A stretch of DNA of 63,846 nt, filler included, from Squatina squatina (taxonomy: Eukaryota), in NCBI GenBank assembly GCA_031763465.1. It is 4 parts of 3 records of this genome, joined end to end, with 100 filler letters (N's around TTAATTAATTAA, not from the genome) between each part and the next. Parts side by side here need not be neighbours in the genome. Positions count along the whole stretch, not along the records: positions 51,755 to 63,846 come from JARFOE010000192.1; 3 more parts are not named here. One strand, given 5' to 3'. The stretch's first letter is position 1. The number at the start of each line of letters is the position of its first letter. A program made the position numbers and the translations under genes. The notes below the pieces were generated by a model. The model made no database searches. It was not told the origin of the DNA and saw only the letters and a list, made by a program, of their open reading frames with translations. Positions 63,475 through 63,846 of the stretch are shown piece by piece.

Positions 63475-63846
63475 GAAAGTAAACATGGGTCCTTTACAGG
63501 CAGAGACAGGAGAAATTATAATGGAGAATAAGGAAATGGCAGAAACATTAAACAAATACTTTGTATCTGTCTTCACAGTAGAAGACATCAACAGCATTCT
63601 GGAAAAAGTGGGGAGCCAAGAGTCTAATGAGAACGAGGAACTTAAAAAAAAGAGTATCCTTAAAAAAAAAAAGTAGTGGAGAAATTAATGGGACTAAAAG
63701 CTGATAAATCCACTGGACCTGATGGCCTACATCCTATGGTTTAAAAGAGGTGGCTACAGAGATAGTGGATGTATTGGTCTTGATTTTCCAGAAGTCCCTA
63801 GATTTTAGAACAGACCCTGCAGATTGGAAGGTAGCAATTGTAACCC
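63475..63846 (+). mobile_element. CR1 LINE ORF2 internal fragment running off the window
   Basis: Translates MGPLQAETGEIIMENKEMAETLNKYFVSVFTVED, then LMGLKADKSTGPDGLHP and PADWKVA. Confidence 0.93.

Overview
Vertebrate genomic DNA from a fragmented, gap-rich draft assembly. It is most likely a shark or ray, inferred from the repeat content: abundant CR1 LINEs, Deu-domain SINEs, Penelope-like RT and PIF/Harbinger-like MITEs. It is not prokaryotic, and I found no CRISPR, rRNA or tRNA genes. Three artificial 44N-TTAATTAATTAA-44N linkers (13644-13743, 33288-33387, 51655-51754) split the window into four blocks that need not be true neighbours. Recognisable host coding exons are three CHKA exons including the stop-containing one, one PPP6R3 exon and the terminal LRRC14 exon. 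There is also an unannotated antisense C2-domain (synaptotagmin-like) exon between CHKA and PPP6R3 that the ORF track misses. Most of the rest is transposon debris: a ~9 kb nest (an old CR1 invaded by a TIR/TSD-bounded Harbinger derivative and two other CR1s), a decayed L1, L2 fragments, a Penelope RT fragment, and Penelope-type terminal repeats with decayed hammerhead-ribozyme cores. I see no convincing wholly new biological system. The best leads are the orphan C2 exon, the Harbinger derivative and the Penelope/hammerhead fold-back. Comparisons to known proteins and repeats are from memory, not database searches.
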